From Minisyncoccota bacterium (GTDB lineage: Bacteria; Patescibacteriota; Minisyncoccia; Phycocordibacterales; UBA9973): 64,000 nt of DNA. The translations under genes were made by a program, and so were the position numbers. How positions within the stretch are numbered: position 1 is the stretch's first letter; each line of letters begins with the position of its first letter. The notes beneath the pieces are model-generated. The model worked only from the letters and a program-made list of their open reading frames with translations. It ran no database searches and was not told the origin of the DNA. Positions 40,878 to 50,858 of the stretch are shown in pieces. The DNA is taken from positions 21,595-85,594 of the forward strand of contig DAONFW010000001.1 in NCBI GenBank assembly GCA_035403785.1, given 5' to 3'.

Positions 40878-40916
40878 GTTGCATGCAATTGTGCAAATAG
40901 TATAATTATTATACAT

Positions 40917-41291
40917 ATGGCAAAAACAATACTTATAGTTGAAGACGATAATTTTCTACAGGGGCTTGAAGCCACCAAATTAAAAAAAGAAGGTTACGAA
41001 ATTTTAACAGCTTCAAATAGTGTAGAAGCTTTTAAGCATATCGAAAGCCCAACAAAAATTGATTTGATATTACTAGACTTGTTGCTTCCAGAAGTGGACG
41101 GATTTATGATTTTGGAAAAAATAAGAGATAACAAGAATTATGTAACTATTCCTGTTATTGTTTTCTCAAATCTTTCAGAAGAAAAAGATATCAAGCGCGC
41201 AACTAAACTTGGAATTAGTGAATTTATGGTCAAGTCAAACTTTACACTAGATGAACTTGCAAAGAAAGTAAAAGATTTGATTGGTGTATAG
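40917..41291 (+). CDS. Single-domain response regulator
   Basis: ILIVEDD, LLDLLLPEVDG, FMVK. Confidence 0.92.
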   Translation: MAKTILIVEDDNFLQGLEATKLKKEGYEILTASNSVEAFKHIESPTKIDLILLDLLLPEVDGFMILEKIRDNKNYVTIPVIVFSNLSEEKDIKRATKLGISEFMVKSNFTLDELAKKVKDLIGV

Positions 41292-41303
41292 ATTGGTGCA
41301 TAA

Positions 41304-43475
41304 ATGGAATTACACGATAAACTTGAAGAAAAATTTAGATTAGATATTAATCAAAAAAAAGCTCTAAAGAGATTAGGGCTTTTTTCTGTTCGCGATTTAC
41401 TTTATCACTTCCCTGTCAGATATTCTGACATAAGCACGCTCAAAAAAATTTCTGACTTAATTCCTGGAGAGGTAGCAACTGTCTATGGAAAAATTTCAAA
41501 ATTAAAAACACGCAAAGCCTTCAAATCCAAAATTCCTATGGGTGAAGGTGAAATAGAAGATCTCTCAGGAAAAATAAAAATCATTTGGTTCAATCAAGCT
41601 TATTTGGCAAAAATGATTAAAAATGGCGAGAACGTAAAAATCACTGGAAAAGTTACTCAAAGCAAAAACGGTCTTTATTTAGCAAATCCAGAAGTTGAAA
41701 AAGCGCCAGACTTGCCGATAGATTCGCACGACTCTTTATTTAGCAAAAATACAGATAATAACACAGAAAATTCTGGCTTCTCTTATCCTGTTTATCGCGA
41801 AACCAGAGGCATCACTTCTAAATGGTTTTATCACGCAATAGAAAAAATTTTGAAAGAAAAAAGTTTAGATAATCTAGAAGATTATATTCCAAAAGATATT
41901 TTGGAAAAATATAATTTACCTAGCTTAAAAGCTGCTTTAATTTGGATTCATAAACCAAAAAATCCAAAAGACGCAGAAGCGGCGAAGAAAAGATTCGCGT
42001 TCGAAGAAGTTTTTTGTATTCAGTTGGAACGCCAACACGACAAACTAGAGTACAGAAAAAATAAATCTTTCAAAATTTCAAAAGAAGATAAAGATGTGAA
42101 AGAGTTTCTAGAAAGATTCCCTTTTGAACCAACAGATTCACAAAAAAATTCTATCCAAACTATTTTGGAAGACATGGGAAAAAATTTTCCAATGTCTAGA
42201 TTGCTTGAAGGAGACGTTGGCTCTGGTAAAACCGCCGTGGCCGCAACAGCTGCATATGTGGCCGTCAAACAAAGACCCAAAGGTCAAAATTTTGGCAATC
42301 TACAAGTCGCCTATATGGCGCCAACAGAAATTCTTGCTTCACAACATTTTGAATCTTTTATTCAGTATTTCAAGCATTTGCCGATAAATATCGGCTTAAT
42401 TACTGGCTCAGGTTGCAAAAAATTTCCGTCAAAAGTAAATCCATCTGGCTGGACGGATATTTCTCGTACTCAACTGCTCAAATGGTCAGCCAATGGCGAA
42501 TTGCCAATTTTAATCGGCACACATGCGCTAATTCAAAAAACTGTAAAATTTAAAAATCTCGCATTTGTGGTAATAGATGAGCAACATAGATTCGGCACAA
42601 ACCAACGCAGAAAATTAGTACGTAAAGATGGTGTTGCCCCACATTTGCTTTCTATGACTGCGACACCAATTCCCCGCACACTCGCACTCACAATTTATGG
42701 GGATTTGGATTTATCACTTCTTGATCAAATGCCAACAGGCAGAAAACAAATAATTACCGAAATTATCACACCAGACAAAAGAGAAAACACTTACGAGAAA
42801 ATAAAAAAAGAATTAGAAGCCGGCAGACAACTCTATGTAATTTGTCCGAGAATAGATGAACCAGATCCAGAAAAAGAAATGGCTGTGCAAGCAAAGTCTG
42901 CTGTCGCTGAAGCAAAAAGATTAAAAAAAGAAGTTTTTCCGCAATATGAAATTGGTGTATTGCATTCAAAAATGAATAAAGATAAAAAAGAAAAAGTAAT
43001 GAAAGATTTTTCTAATGGAAAAATAGATATCTTGTGCGCTACTTCGGTTGTTGAAGTTGGTGTAAATGTGCCAAACGCAACTGTCATAATAATAGAAGGC
43101 GCGGAGAGATTTGGTTTGGCTCAACTTCACCAGCTCAGAGGCCGTGTAATCAGAAGTAATCATCAAGCTTACTGCTATGTTTTCGCCGACGCAAAAACTG
43201 ACAAAACTATCCAAAGATTAAATGCATTAAAAAATGCAAAAAACGGCTTTGAACTCGCAGAACTTGATTTATCTTTGCGTGGCGCAGGAGAACTTTCTGG
43301 CGCAAAACAATGGGGCATTTCGGATTTAGGAATGGAAGCTATCAAAAATATAAAAATGGTGGAAGCAGCAAGAACAGAAGCTATCAGATTAATTTCTGAA
43401 GATCCAGAATTAAAAAACTATCCCCTACTCAAACAGAGAGTTCGTGAGAAAGCTGGAGAGTTTCATTTTGAATAA
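41304..43475 (+). CDS. recG: ATP-dependent DNA helicase RecG
   Basis: GDVGSGKT, DEQHRFG, MTATPIPRT, QLHQLRGRV. Confidence 0.97.
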   Translation: MELHDKLEEKFRLDINQKKALKRLGLFSVRDLLYHFPVRYSDISTLKKISDLIPGEVATVYGKISKLKTRKAFKSKIPMGEGEIEDLSGKIKIIWFNQAYLAKMIKNGENVKITGKVTQSKNGLYLANPEVEKAPDLPIDSHDSLFSKNTDNNTENSGFSYPVYRETRGITSKWFYHAIEKILKEKSLDNLEDYIPKDILEKYNLPSLKAALIWIHKPKNPKDAEAAKKRFAFEEVFCIQLERQHDKLEYRKNKSFKISKEDKDVKEFLERFPFEPTDSQKNSIQTILEDMGKNFPMSRLLEGDVGSGKTAVAATAAYVAVKQRPKGQNFGNLQVAYMAPTEILASQHFESFIQYFKHLPINIGLITGSGCKKFPSKVNPSGWTDISRTQLLKWSANGELPILIGTHALIQKTVKFKNLAFVVIDEQHRFGTNQRRKLVRKDGVAPHLLSMTATPIPRTLALTIYGDLDLSLLDQMPTGRKQIITEIITPDKRENTYEKIKKELEAGRQLYVICPRIDEPDPEKEMAVQAKSAVAEAKRLKKEVFPQYEIGVLHSKMNKDKKEKVMKDFSNGKIDILCATSVVEVGVNVPNATVIIIEGAERFGLAQLHQLRGRVIRSNHQAYCYVFADAKTDKTIQRLNALKNAKNGFELAELDLSLRGAGELSGAKQWGISDLGMEAIKNIKMVEAARTEAIRLISEDPELKNYPLLKQRVREKAGEFHFE

Positions 43476-43627
43476 AAGAAAAATTTTTACACTTGTCGTC
43501 ACAAATAATTTCTCGCCGTCGCTCGAAATTTTTGCGACCCCGGCTCGCGGTTTTGTTTACTAACAAAACATCGCTCCGCCTCGGCCAAGCTAAAAATCTC
43601 CCATAAGGGAGATTTTTTTAACGCTTG

Positions 43628-43701
43628 TCCGCCCTCTTGGACTCGAACCAAGGACCCCAGAGGTATAAGCTCTGTGCTCTAGCCAGCTGAGCTAAGGGCG
43701 G
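43628..43701 (-). tRNA. tRNA-Ile(TAT)
   Basis: CCGCCCT/AGGGCGG acceptor stem, CAGAG-CTTATAC-CTCTG anticodon arm, CTTGG-TTCGAGT-CCAAG T-arm, A73. Confidence 0.9.
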
Positions 43702-43742
43702 ATATGTATTAATATAGCATTACAAAACCAAACTCGCAAACA

Positions 43743-43772
43743 AAAACACTCTGAGATTTTCAGAGTGTTTTT
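43743..43772 (-). terminator. Intrinsic terminator after ftsH
   Basis: AAAAACACTCTGA-GATTT-TCAGAGTGTTTTT hairpin. Confidence 0.7.
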
Positions 43773-43778
43773 TATTTT

Positions 43779-45686
43779 TTATTTAACTTCTTCTTCGAGC
43801 TTTTTCGGCATTATGCCATGAGCGATAATTATCTGTTCGTATTCGTCTTGCTCTAGAGTTTCAACTTCTATCAATTTGTCAGCTATCGCATCTAATGCTT
43901 TTTTATTTTCTTTCAAAACTTTTTCTGCCGTGATAATTCCATCATTTATTATTCTTGAAATTTCTGAATCAACTTTTTCAAACATTTTTTCAGAAAATTC
44001 TTTTTCCTCATTCATCCCCCACTGCACCTTTCCGCCATCACTACTCAAGGCTACGGGACCGATCAAGTCAGACATTCCCCAACGAGTCACCATTGCTTTT
44101 GCTAAATCTGTCGCAACTTGCAAATCACTAGACGGGCCAGTTGTCACATCATTGAAAATCATTTTTTCTGCAACATAACCACCGAGAGACATTGCGATAT
44201 CATCAAGAAATTCTTTTCTGGACTGCAATCTTTTTTCTTCAAGTGGAAGCTTGAGTGTATAACCACCAGCTCTACCACGGGCCACGATAGAAACTTTGTG
44301 CACCGGATCTGCGTTCGGCAAAACAGATGCAACTAGCGCATGCCCTGCTTCGTGATAAGCAGTAATTTTCTTTTCATTTTTTGAAAGTAAGTGACTTTTT
44401 CTTTCTGGCCCCATCATTACTTTTTCAATAGATCTAATCAAGTCAAACTGAAAAACTTTCTTTCTATTTTCGCGAGCAGCAAGAATAGCCCCTTCGTTCA
44501 TAAGTGAATACAAATCAGCACCAGAGAATCCCGGCGTACGTTCTGCAATTAATTTCAAATTAACATCTTCAGCTAATGGTTTTTTCGTTGCATGAATTTT
44601 CAAAATTTCTTCTCTGTCTGCTCTATCTGGTAAATCTAGTATTACTCTCCTATCGAATCTTCCTGGTCTCAAAAGGGCTGGATCAAGCACATCTGGTCTG
44701 TTTGTAGCAGCCATGACTATTACTTTATCATTCGGCTCAAAGCCGTCCATTTCAACAAGAATCTGGTTCAAAGTCTGTTCACGTTCGTCATTTCCACCAC
44801 CAACACCAGTTCCTCTGACTCGCCCAACAGCATCTATTTCATCCACGAAAATAATCGCTGGGGCTGCGCGTTTTGCCATCTTGAATAAATCTCTCACTCT
44901 AGAAGCCCCAACTCCAACGAACATTTCTACGAATTCAGAACCAGACAGATGAAAGAAAGGCACAGAAGCTTCCCCTGCTACCGCTCTAGCCAACAAAGTT
45001 TTTCCCGTTCCAGGTGCACCAGTTAAGATCACACCTTTTGGAATTCTTGCACCAATATCCAAAAACTTTTTTGGACTTTTCAAAAAATCTACAATCTCTT
45101 TCAGTTCTTCTTTTGCTTCTTTGCAACCAGCAACATCTTTAAAAGTTATTTTATTATTTTTGTCATTCGGGTCTGTAATTCTTGCTTTTGACTGTCCAAA
45201 AGAAAAAGCTTGCATACCAGAACCCTTCGCCTGTCTAGACAAATACCAAAAGAAAAAAATTATAAACAAAACTGGCAATAAGAACGGCAGTAAATTCAAC
45301 ATCCAATAACCAAAGCCAGATTCATTTTTTACTTCTATCTGCGCAACAGCAAGCGCCTCTGGTTTTACCCCATAGTTAGATAAAGTTTCAGAAAGAGAAG
45401 TTTCTGCTTCTTTCTTTGCTTTCTTTACTTCGTCGTTTTGATACGTGATAGTCAAATCTTCTCCTTCAATCAAAATTTTCTTTACTTCCCCAGCTGATAC
45501 ACTTTTTGCCAAATCAGAAATTGGAACTTCCGGTACAACTTTCGTGCTTCCAGAAATCACTAAATACAAAGCTGTTATCAACATGAAAATCAAAAGCGCC
45601 CCAGCAATACTGCTAGAAAATTTGCTTTCTTTCTTCTTTTTACCTTTATTTTGCGTGTTTTTTTGGTTTAAAAAATTCATATCCAT
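43779..45686 (-). CDS. ftsH: ATP-dependent zinc metalloprotease FtsH
   Basis: Two TM helices, [20 protein letters not shown]. Confidence 0.98.
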   Translation of the reverse strand: MDMNFLNQKNTQNKGKKKKESKFSSSIAGALLIFMLITALYLVISGSTKVVPEVPISDLAKSVSAGEVKKILIEGEDLTITYQNDEVKKAKKEAETSLSETLSNYGVKPEALAVAQIEVKNESGFGYWMLNLLPFLLPVLFIIFFFWYLSRQAKGSGMQAFSFGQSKARITDPNDKNNKITFKDVAGCKEAKEELKEIVDFLKSPKKFLDIGARIPKGVILTGAPGTGKTLLARAVAGEASVPFFHLSGSEFVEMFVGVGASRVRDLFKMAKRAAPAIIFVDEIDAVGRVRGTGVGGGNDEREQTLNQILVEMDGFEPNDKVIVMAATNRPDVLDPALLRPGRFDRRVILDLPDRADREEILKIHATKKPLAEDVNLKLIAERTPGFSGADLYSLMNEGAILAARENRKKVFQFDLIRSIEKVMMGPERKSHLLSKNEKKITAYHEAGHALVASVLPNADPVHKVSIVARGRAGGYTLKLPLEEKRLQSRKEFLDDIAMSLGGYVAEKMIFNDVTTGPSSDLQVATDLAKAMVTRWGMSDLIGPVALSSDGGKVQWGMNEEKEFSEKMFEKVDSEISRIINDGIITAEKVLKENKKALDAIADKLIEVETLEQDEYEQIIIAHGIMPKKLEEEVK

Positions 45687-45774
45687 ATACTAAAAGATTA
45701 ACACAGAAAAATGTAATTGTTAAATACCATAAAATAAAAAAAATCATTTGCGCCCAAGCAACAAATGATTTTGG

Positions 45775-45954
45775 TTAATCAGAACCAAGATACACAATAT
45801 CTGGCTCAAACTCGAGAGTAAAAAGTGTAGTTTTGGGTTGTTTGTTAATAAAAATCTTCAACCCTTTAAAAAACTTTTCATCAAGAAAATCTTCTGTCTT
45901 ATTAGACTTCTTCATTTCCTGATATTTCTTTTCGATTTTTGAATTAATGTGCAT
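45775..45954 (-). CDS. Small hypothetical protein (59 aa, MHINSKIEKKY...VYLGSD), below the ORF-track cutoff
   Basis: ATG-to-TAA open frame preceded by TTGACT-N16-TATTAT. Confidence 0.45.
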   Translation of the reverse strand: MHINSKIEKKYQEMKKSNKTEDFLDEKFFKGLKIFINKQPKTTLFTLEFEPDIVYLGSD

Positions 45955-46005
45955 ATTTTTCGGATTTGCTTATTATAATACCATTATAAAATAAAAAGTC
46001 AAATG

Positions 46006-46680
46006 TTATTTATAAAAAGGCTTGAGAGCTGATTTTATGTTTTTTACCATTTCCAAGTCATCTTTAAAAAATCCATTAACAAACTCATACCTCCCTTTTT
46101 TAGGATTATACATAGAAACACTCTCTTCATATGTAAAATCACTACCTGAACCATAAGTTGCTGTACCGAAATCAATTATTACAGGCAAACCATCTTCGTT
46201 TATCATAATATTTTTTTCATGCAAGTCTCTGTGATAGATACCAACTTTATGCATAGTAGCAATCTGCTCCTCCAGCGCTTTACAAAAATTTTCATAATCA
46301 AATTTTTTAGGCATAAGTTCTGGTTTCTGAATCACCTCTGATATATTATATCCATCGACTCTCTCCATAAGAAAGTATTTTCCGTTTGGTGAATCTATAG
46401 ACACCAAAATTTCTGGGGTGTTCACTCCGTTTTCTCTCAACTCTTCTTGGTATTTACTTTCCTGCTCAAGGTCATTGTATTGAATCTGTGGTTTTTCTTT
46501 AACTTTTTTTAAACAAACTCCCTTAAGTTTCTCTTCTTTAGGAACAAAAATCACAGCGTTCCCTCCCTCTCCGATTGGAGTTTCTTCAAATTCAACATTT
46601 TTAATACGCTCTAAAATAATGTCGACTTCATTCGACTCTATTAGTTTTTTTACGCTACTATTTTCAAAAATGTTTTTCAT
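46006..46680 (-). CDS. Ser/Thr protein kinase-like protein
   Basis: IGEGGNAVIF, CLKK, YHRDLHEKNIM, IIDFG. Confidence 0.85.
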   Translation of the reverse strand: MKNIFENSSVKKLIESNEVDIILERIKNVEFEETPIGEGGNAVIFVPKEEKLKGVCLKKVKEKPQIQYNDLEQESKYQEELRENGVNTPEILVSIDSPNGKYFLMERVDGYNISEVIQKPELMPKKFDYENFCKALEEQIATMHKVGIYHRDLHEKNIMINEDGLPVIIDFGTATYGSGSDFTYEESVSMYNPKKGRYEFVNGFFKDDLEMVKNIKSALKPFYK

Positions 46681-46714
46681 GATAATTTTATGAAAGTTAT
46701 TATATCAAATTCTG

Positions 46715-47105
46715 TGGAGATGGGGGAAATCGAATCCCCGTGCAGAAGGTTACTGAAATGAAATCTACATACTTAGTTTGTTTTTTTGTTTAAACCTAAA
46801 AACTAATAAGCAAACAAAATGTTTTTAGATCGATCCTCTTTGTTTCGGAAAAGACCCGAGGCTTGTCTTCCCTATCCCGAAAATATTATGCCCCAAACTT
46901 ATATATCGGAAGTCTATAAGCGAGACACCAGCCCTCTTAAGCGAAAGCTGGAGCAAAAGCGAAGTCCTTCATACCGAAGTATGGAGAAACTGAATCTTTT
47001 ACTTTAGAAGCTAATTTTGCAATTAGTTTTTTGAATAAGTTAACGAGATTATTCAGCTCGGTATGCATCAAGACAAACAGCCAACTGTCTATGCCTTGCA
47101 TCCCC
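46715..47105 (-). ncRNA. ssrA: tmRNA
   Basis: 5' GGGGATG and 3' CATCTCCA with G3-U70, T-arm GGGGA-TTCGATT-TCCCC; tag ORF 47020..46937; next to smpB. Confidence 0.93.
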
Positions 47106-47143
47106 ATAAAAAATTTTCAAAGTTCACGCGTGCTTAGTCTCAC

Positions 47144-47590
47144 CTATCTTTTGAACTCACGTCTAATCTCAATATCTGTCTCACGCTTTTTGATACTTTC
47201 TCTTTTGTCTCGCGTCTTCTTTCCTTTTACCAAAGCAATTTCTACTTTGATTTTTCGATTTTTATTATACATTGCAAGTGGCACTATTGTCAAACTCTTA
47301 TTCTTTTCAGAATCAGCCAATTCTTTGATTTCTTTTTTGGTTAATAACAACTTCCTGTTTCTTAAAGTGTCATAATCAGCTGGTGTATTTTTTACTTGAT
47401 ACGGCTGAATATTCGCATTCATCAGAAAACACTCACCTCCTCTGATAATACAAAAAGCCCCTTCAAGAGAAACCTTGCCGGCACGAATAGCTTTGACTTC
47501 AGTACCAATAAGCTCAATTCCAGTTTCATATTTTTCTAGAATTTCATAGTCAAACCTAGCTTTTCTGTTTTCTGCATAATAAAATGCCAT
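47144..47590 (-). CDS. smpB: SsrA-binding protein
   Basis: NRKARFDYEI, GIELIGTEVKAIR, RKLLL, DKRE. Confidence 0.97.
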   Translation of the reverse strand: MAFYYAENRKARFDYEILEKYETGIELIGTEVKAIRAGKVSLEGAFCIIRGGECFLMNANIQPYQVKNTPADYDTLRNRKLLLTKKEIKELADSEKNKSLTIVPLAMYNKNRKIKVEIALVKGKKTRDKRESIKKRETDIEIRREFKR

Positions 47591-47649
47591 ATTTATATAC
47601 TAACATTTGATTTGAATTAAACAATAAAAAGAATAAAATAAAGTAATAT

Positions 47650-49026
47650 ATGGAAAAAAGAAAACTTAACGTCTCTGGATACAGAGGAATTTGGGGTGAA
47701 AGTTTAACAAAAGAAATTACTGAAAATTTTGTGAAAGCTTTTGGGTCTTTAATAAAAGAGACTTCTCAGTCTGAAAGGCCAACTCTTTTAATTGGCCGAG
47801 ATGGTAGAGAAAGCGGACCAGAAATTAAAAAAATAATTATCGCAACTCTAGAAAATTTAGGAATCAACCCAATAGATGGCGACATCATGCCGACACCAAC
47901 TGTGCTGTTTTCTGTCAGAAAGCACAAATATGACGGCGGAATAATAATTACCGCTTCACACAATCCGATAGAATACAACGGCTTAAAATTTGTGAATAGA
48001 AACGGCTTCTTCGCAACAAAAGAAGAAATAGCAAAGATAAACGAATATTACGAACAGAAGCAAACTGAAAAAATAGAAACAAAAAATCTTTCAGAAATTT
48101 CTGAACAAAAAGAGTTAAATATCCCGAATTTTACAAAAGAACACGCTGACCAGATTCTTTCTAAAATAAACGTAGAAAAAATAAAATCTAAAAAATTTAA
48201 AGTCGCCGTTGATATGATTAACGCTTCGGCTTGTGTGATAGACCCATATTTATTTGAACAGCTAGGTGTTGAATTAATTCAAGTTAATAATATTCCAAAT
48301 GGAAAATTCGCCCATAGACCAGAGCCGCTGAAAGAGAATCTGACAGAAATCGGAAAAATAGTGAAAGCATCTGGAGCTAATCTAGGTTTTGCTCATGATC
48401 CGGACGCAGACAGACTTGTTATGATTAATGAACTTGGTGAGGTTGTGCTAGAAGAATACACTTTGGCTTTTAGTGTTGAAAATATTTTATCTAAAAATCC
48501 AAATCAAAATATTACGATCAATCTTTCTACTTCACGCATGAGTGAGGACATCGCAGAAAGATATGGCAGTAAATGTTTTCGAACGAAAGTTGGTGAAGCA
48601 AATGTAGTTGAAGAAATGCAAAAAAAGAACGCTGTTATTGGTGGCGAAGGAAACGGCGGCACTATCTACCCTGCTATTAACTTCTGCCGAGACAGTTTTG
48701 TTAGTATTGCGCTTATTTTAGAACTATTAGCTGAAAGAAACCAAACTGTAACAGAATGCATAAATTCTCTGCCAAAATATTTTATAAAAAAAGACAAAAT
48801 GCCAGCAAATAGAGACTTAAATGAAATGTTTGCAAAGCTAAAAGAACACTTTTCTAATACTCAAACAAATGAAGAAGACGGATTGTATTTGAGTTTTCCA
48901 GACAAATCATGGGTACATTTACGCGCCTCCAACACAGAGCCAATAATAAGACTATTTGGCGAAGCTGCTAATGAAGAGCATATCGAGTCTTTATTTAACG
49001 AGATAAAGTTGACTTTGGGCTTATAA
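47650..49026 (+). CDS. Phosphohexomutase (phosphoglucosamine mutase / PMM-PGM family)
   Basis: TASHNP, DPDADR, GGEGNGG, RASNTEP. Confidence 0.9.
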   Translation: MEKRKLNVSGYRGIWGESLTKEITENFVKAFGSLIKETSQSERPTLLIGRDGRESGPEIKKIIIATLENLGINPIDGDIMPTPTVLFSVRKHKYDGGIIITASHNPIEYNGLKFVNRNGFFATKEEIAKINEYYEQKQTEKIETKNLSEISEQKELNIPNFTKEHADQILSKINVEKIKSKKFKVAVDMINASACVIDPYLFEQLGVELIQVNNIPNGKFAHRPEPLKENLTEIGKIVKASGANLGFAHDPDADRLVMINELGEVVLEEYTLAFSVENILSKNPNQNITINLSTSRMSEDIAERYGSKCFRTKVGEANVVEEMQKKNAVIGGEGNGGTIYPAINFCRDSFVSIALILELLAERNQTVTECINSLPKYFIKKDKMPANRDLNEMFAKLKEHFSNTQTNEEDGLYLSFPDKSWVHLRASNTEPIIRLFGEAANEEHIESLFNEIKLTLGL

Positions 49027-49067
49027 TAAGCTATTATCTACAGAAGTTAAGTATTTATTTATATCAA

Positions 49068-49571
49068 TTGCGTGAACGAATAAACAACCAAATAAGGGCT
49101 AAAGAACTCCGAGTCATAGACAACGAAAACCAAAACCTAGGCGTTTTGACTTTTGCGGAAGCGTTAAAAATTGCTCAAGAAAGAAATTTAGATCTCATAG
49201 AGATATCACCAAATGCCAATCCTCCAGTAGCGAAGATAATGAATTTTGGAAAATATCAGTATGAGACAAGCAAAAAGCTGAAAAAAGCTAAAGCTGGAGC
49301 AAAGACGACAGAAACAAAAGCAGTACAAATCAAAATAGGCACAGGTGACCATGATTTAGAGCTAAAAGCTAAAACAGCTTCAAAATGGCTCAAAGAAGGA
49401 CACAGAATCAAAATGGAACTGTTCTTATCGGGAAGAGCAAAGTACATGGATGAAAAATTTTTGAAAGAACGCTTAGATAGAGTATTAAACTTAATCACTG
49501 AAGAATACAAAATAGCCGAGTCTTACAAAAAAGGTCCTAAAGGTTTATTTATAACAATAGAAAAAAAATAA
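49068..49571 (+). CDS. infC: Translation initiation factor IF-3 (non-AUG start: TTG 49068 or in-frame ATT 49053)
   Basis: RINNQIRAKELRVI, PPVAKIMNFGKYQY. Confidence 0.95.
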   Translation: MRERINNQIRAKELRVIDNENQNLGVLTFAEALKIAQERNLDLIEISPNANPPVAKIMNFGKYQYETSKKLKKAKAGAKTTETKAVQIKIGTGDHDLELKAKTASKWLKEGHRIKMELFLSGRAKYMDEKFLKERLDRVLNLITEEYKIAESYKKGPKGLFITIEKK

Positions 49572-49575
49572 TTTT

Positions 49576-49761
49576 ATGAAAACAAACAAATCATATACAA
49601 AAAGATTGAAGCTAACAAAAACAGGAAAGCTTATTTCAAGAAAACCTGGTTTTAACCATTTCAATGCTAAGCAATCAAGAACAACACAATTATCAGGTCG
49701 CAAAGGAAGTAGTTTTGTTATCAAAAACAAACCAAAAAGTCATTTATTGCCTTTTTCCTAA
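49576..49761 (+). CDS. rpmI: 50S ribosomal protein L35
   Basis: KTNKSYTKRLKLTKTGK; lies between infC and rplT. Confidence 0.92.
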   Translation: MKTNKSYTKRLKLTKTGKLISRKPGFNHFNAKQSRTTQLSGRKGSSFVIKNKPKSHLLPFS

Positions 49762-49794
49762 TTAAAAAATAACAAGTAAGAATTTTATAAAAAC

Positions 49795-50139
49795 ATGACA
49801 AGAGTTAAAAAAGGAGTACATGCGTTAAAAAGAAGAAGAAGTGTTCTAAAACAAACAAAAGGTTTTAGACATGGATTAAGATCAAAGGAGCGTCAAGCAA
49901 AGGATGCCCTACTCCACGCAGGAAATTATTCTTTTGCACACAGAAAAGACAAAAAGTCACACAATAGAACTTTGTGGAATATAAAAATAAATGCCGGAGC
50001 CAGAGAGATTGGAATGAGTTATTCAAAACTAATCAGTGGATTAAAGAAAAATAAAATAGAATTAGATAGAAAAATCCTAGCAGACCTAGCAGAAAACAAT
50101 CCAGAAACATTCAAGAAAGTTCTAGCAAATATAAAATAA
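49795..50139 (+). CDS. rplT: 50S ribosomal protein L20
   Basis: MTRVKKG, LWNIKINA, LDRKILADLA. Confidence 0.97.
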   Translation: MTRVKKGVHALKRRRSVLKQTKGFRHGLRSKERQAKDALLHAGNYSFAHRKDKKSHNRTLWNIKINAGAREIGMSYSKLISGLKKNKIELDRKILADLAENNPETFKKVLANIK

Positions 50140-50149
50140 CAAACTAATT

Positions 50150-50177
50150 AAAAAACCCAGAGTACTCTGGGTTTTTT
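50150..50177. terminator. Bidirectional terminator between convergent genes
   Basis: AAAAAACCCAGAGTACTCTGGGTTTTTT palindrome. Confidence 0.75.
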
Positions 50178-50200
50178 AATTATATTTAATCTTTATATCT

Positions 50201-50803
50201 TTATATCGGCTTATATTCTGGAACTTTGTATTTCTTTACTATCTCTATAACGTCAGAAACTAATTTCTTTGGATCTTCACCGAATACAATTTTTTCATTT
50301 GGACGATGTCCTTTTTCTATTATTTCTTTAATTTCTCCGGACATTTCCCATTCCCCTTCGTAGATTCCTATCGCTTTATCGTCTTCAAAAGCAATCGTAA
50401 ATTCATGGATAGTACCAATACGGCCACAACCACAAATTACAGCGTCAGAAGCTCTAGTAAGCAACAAATCTCTACCTGGATAGCCAAAACCTGTATAAAC
50501 TATCAAATCCATATAATCTAACGGAAGCTTATAAACTTCTACGTGTTCTTTTTCTGTAGATGCTGGAGAAAATCCGATAGAAAGACCTCCGACTTCTTTT
50601 GCTCCCATAGCTGCCCAAAGCGGAAAACCCGTTGTAGCACCAGTTACAAGAACAGCTCCTTGTCGAGCAATTTCTCTCCCAAGTTCTTTTGCTTTTTCTA
50701 AAGCGTTGATACCACAGTGTCCTGTTTCTGCCGCGCCAGAAACACAAATTTTTACTTGTTGATGACCGTGTTTTGTATACGGATTTAATGAAAGTGAGTC
50801 CAT
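50201..50803 (-). CDS. LOG/TIGR00725-family Rossmann-fold protein
   Basis: LGREIARQGAVLVTG, GRIGTIHE. Confidence 0.8.
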   Translation of the reverse strand: MDSLSLNPYTKHGHQQVKICVSGAAETGHCGINALEKAKELGREIARQGAVLVTGATTGFPLWAAMGAKEVGGLSIGFSPASTEKEHVEVYKLPLDYMDLIVYTGFGYPGRDLLLTRASDAVICGCGRIGTIHEFTIAFEDDKAIGIYEGEWEMSGEIKEIIEKGHRPNEKIVFGEDPKKLVSDVIEIVKKYKVPEYKPI

Positions 50804-50858
50804 GTTTAAAATTATATATTAAAAAATAAGTCTAGTAAATAAAAACGTAAAACAAAAA

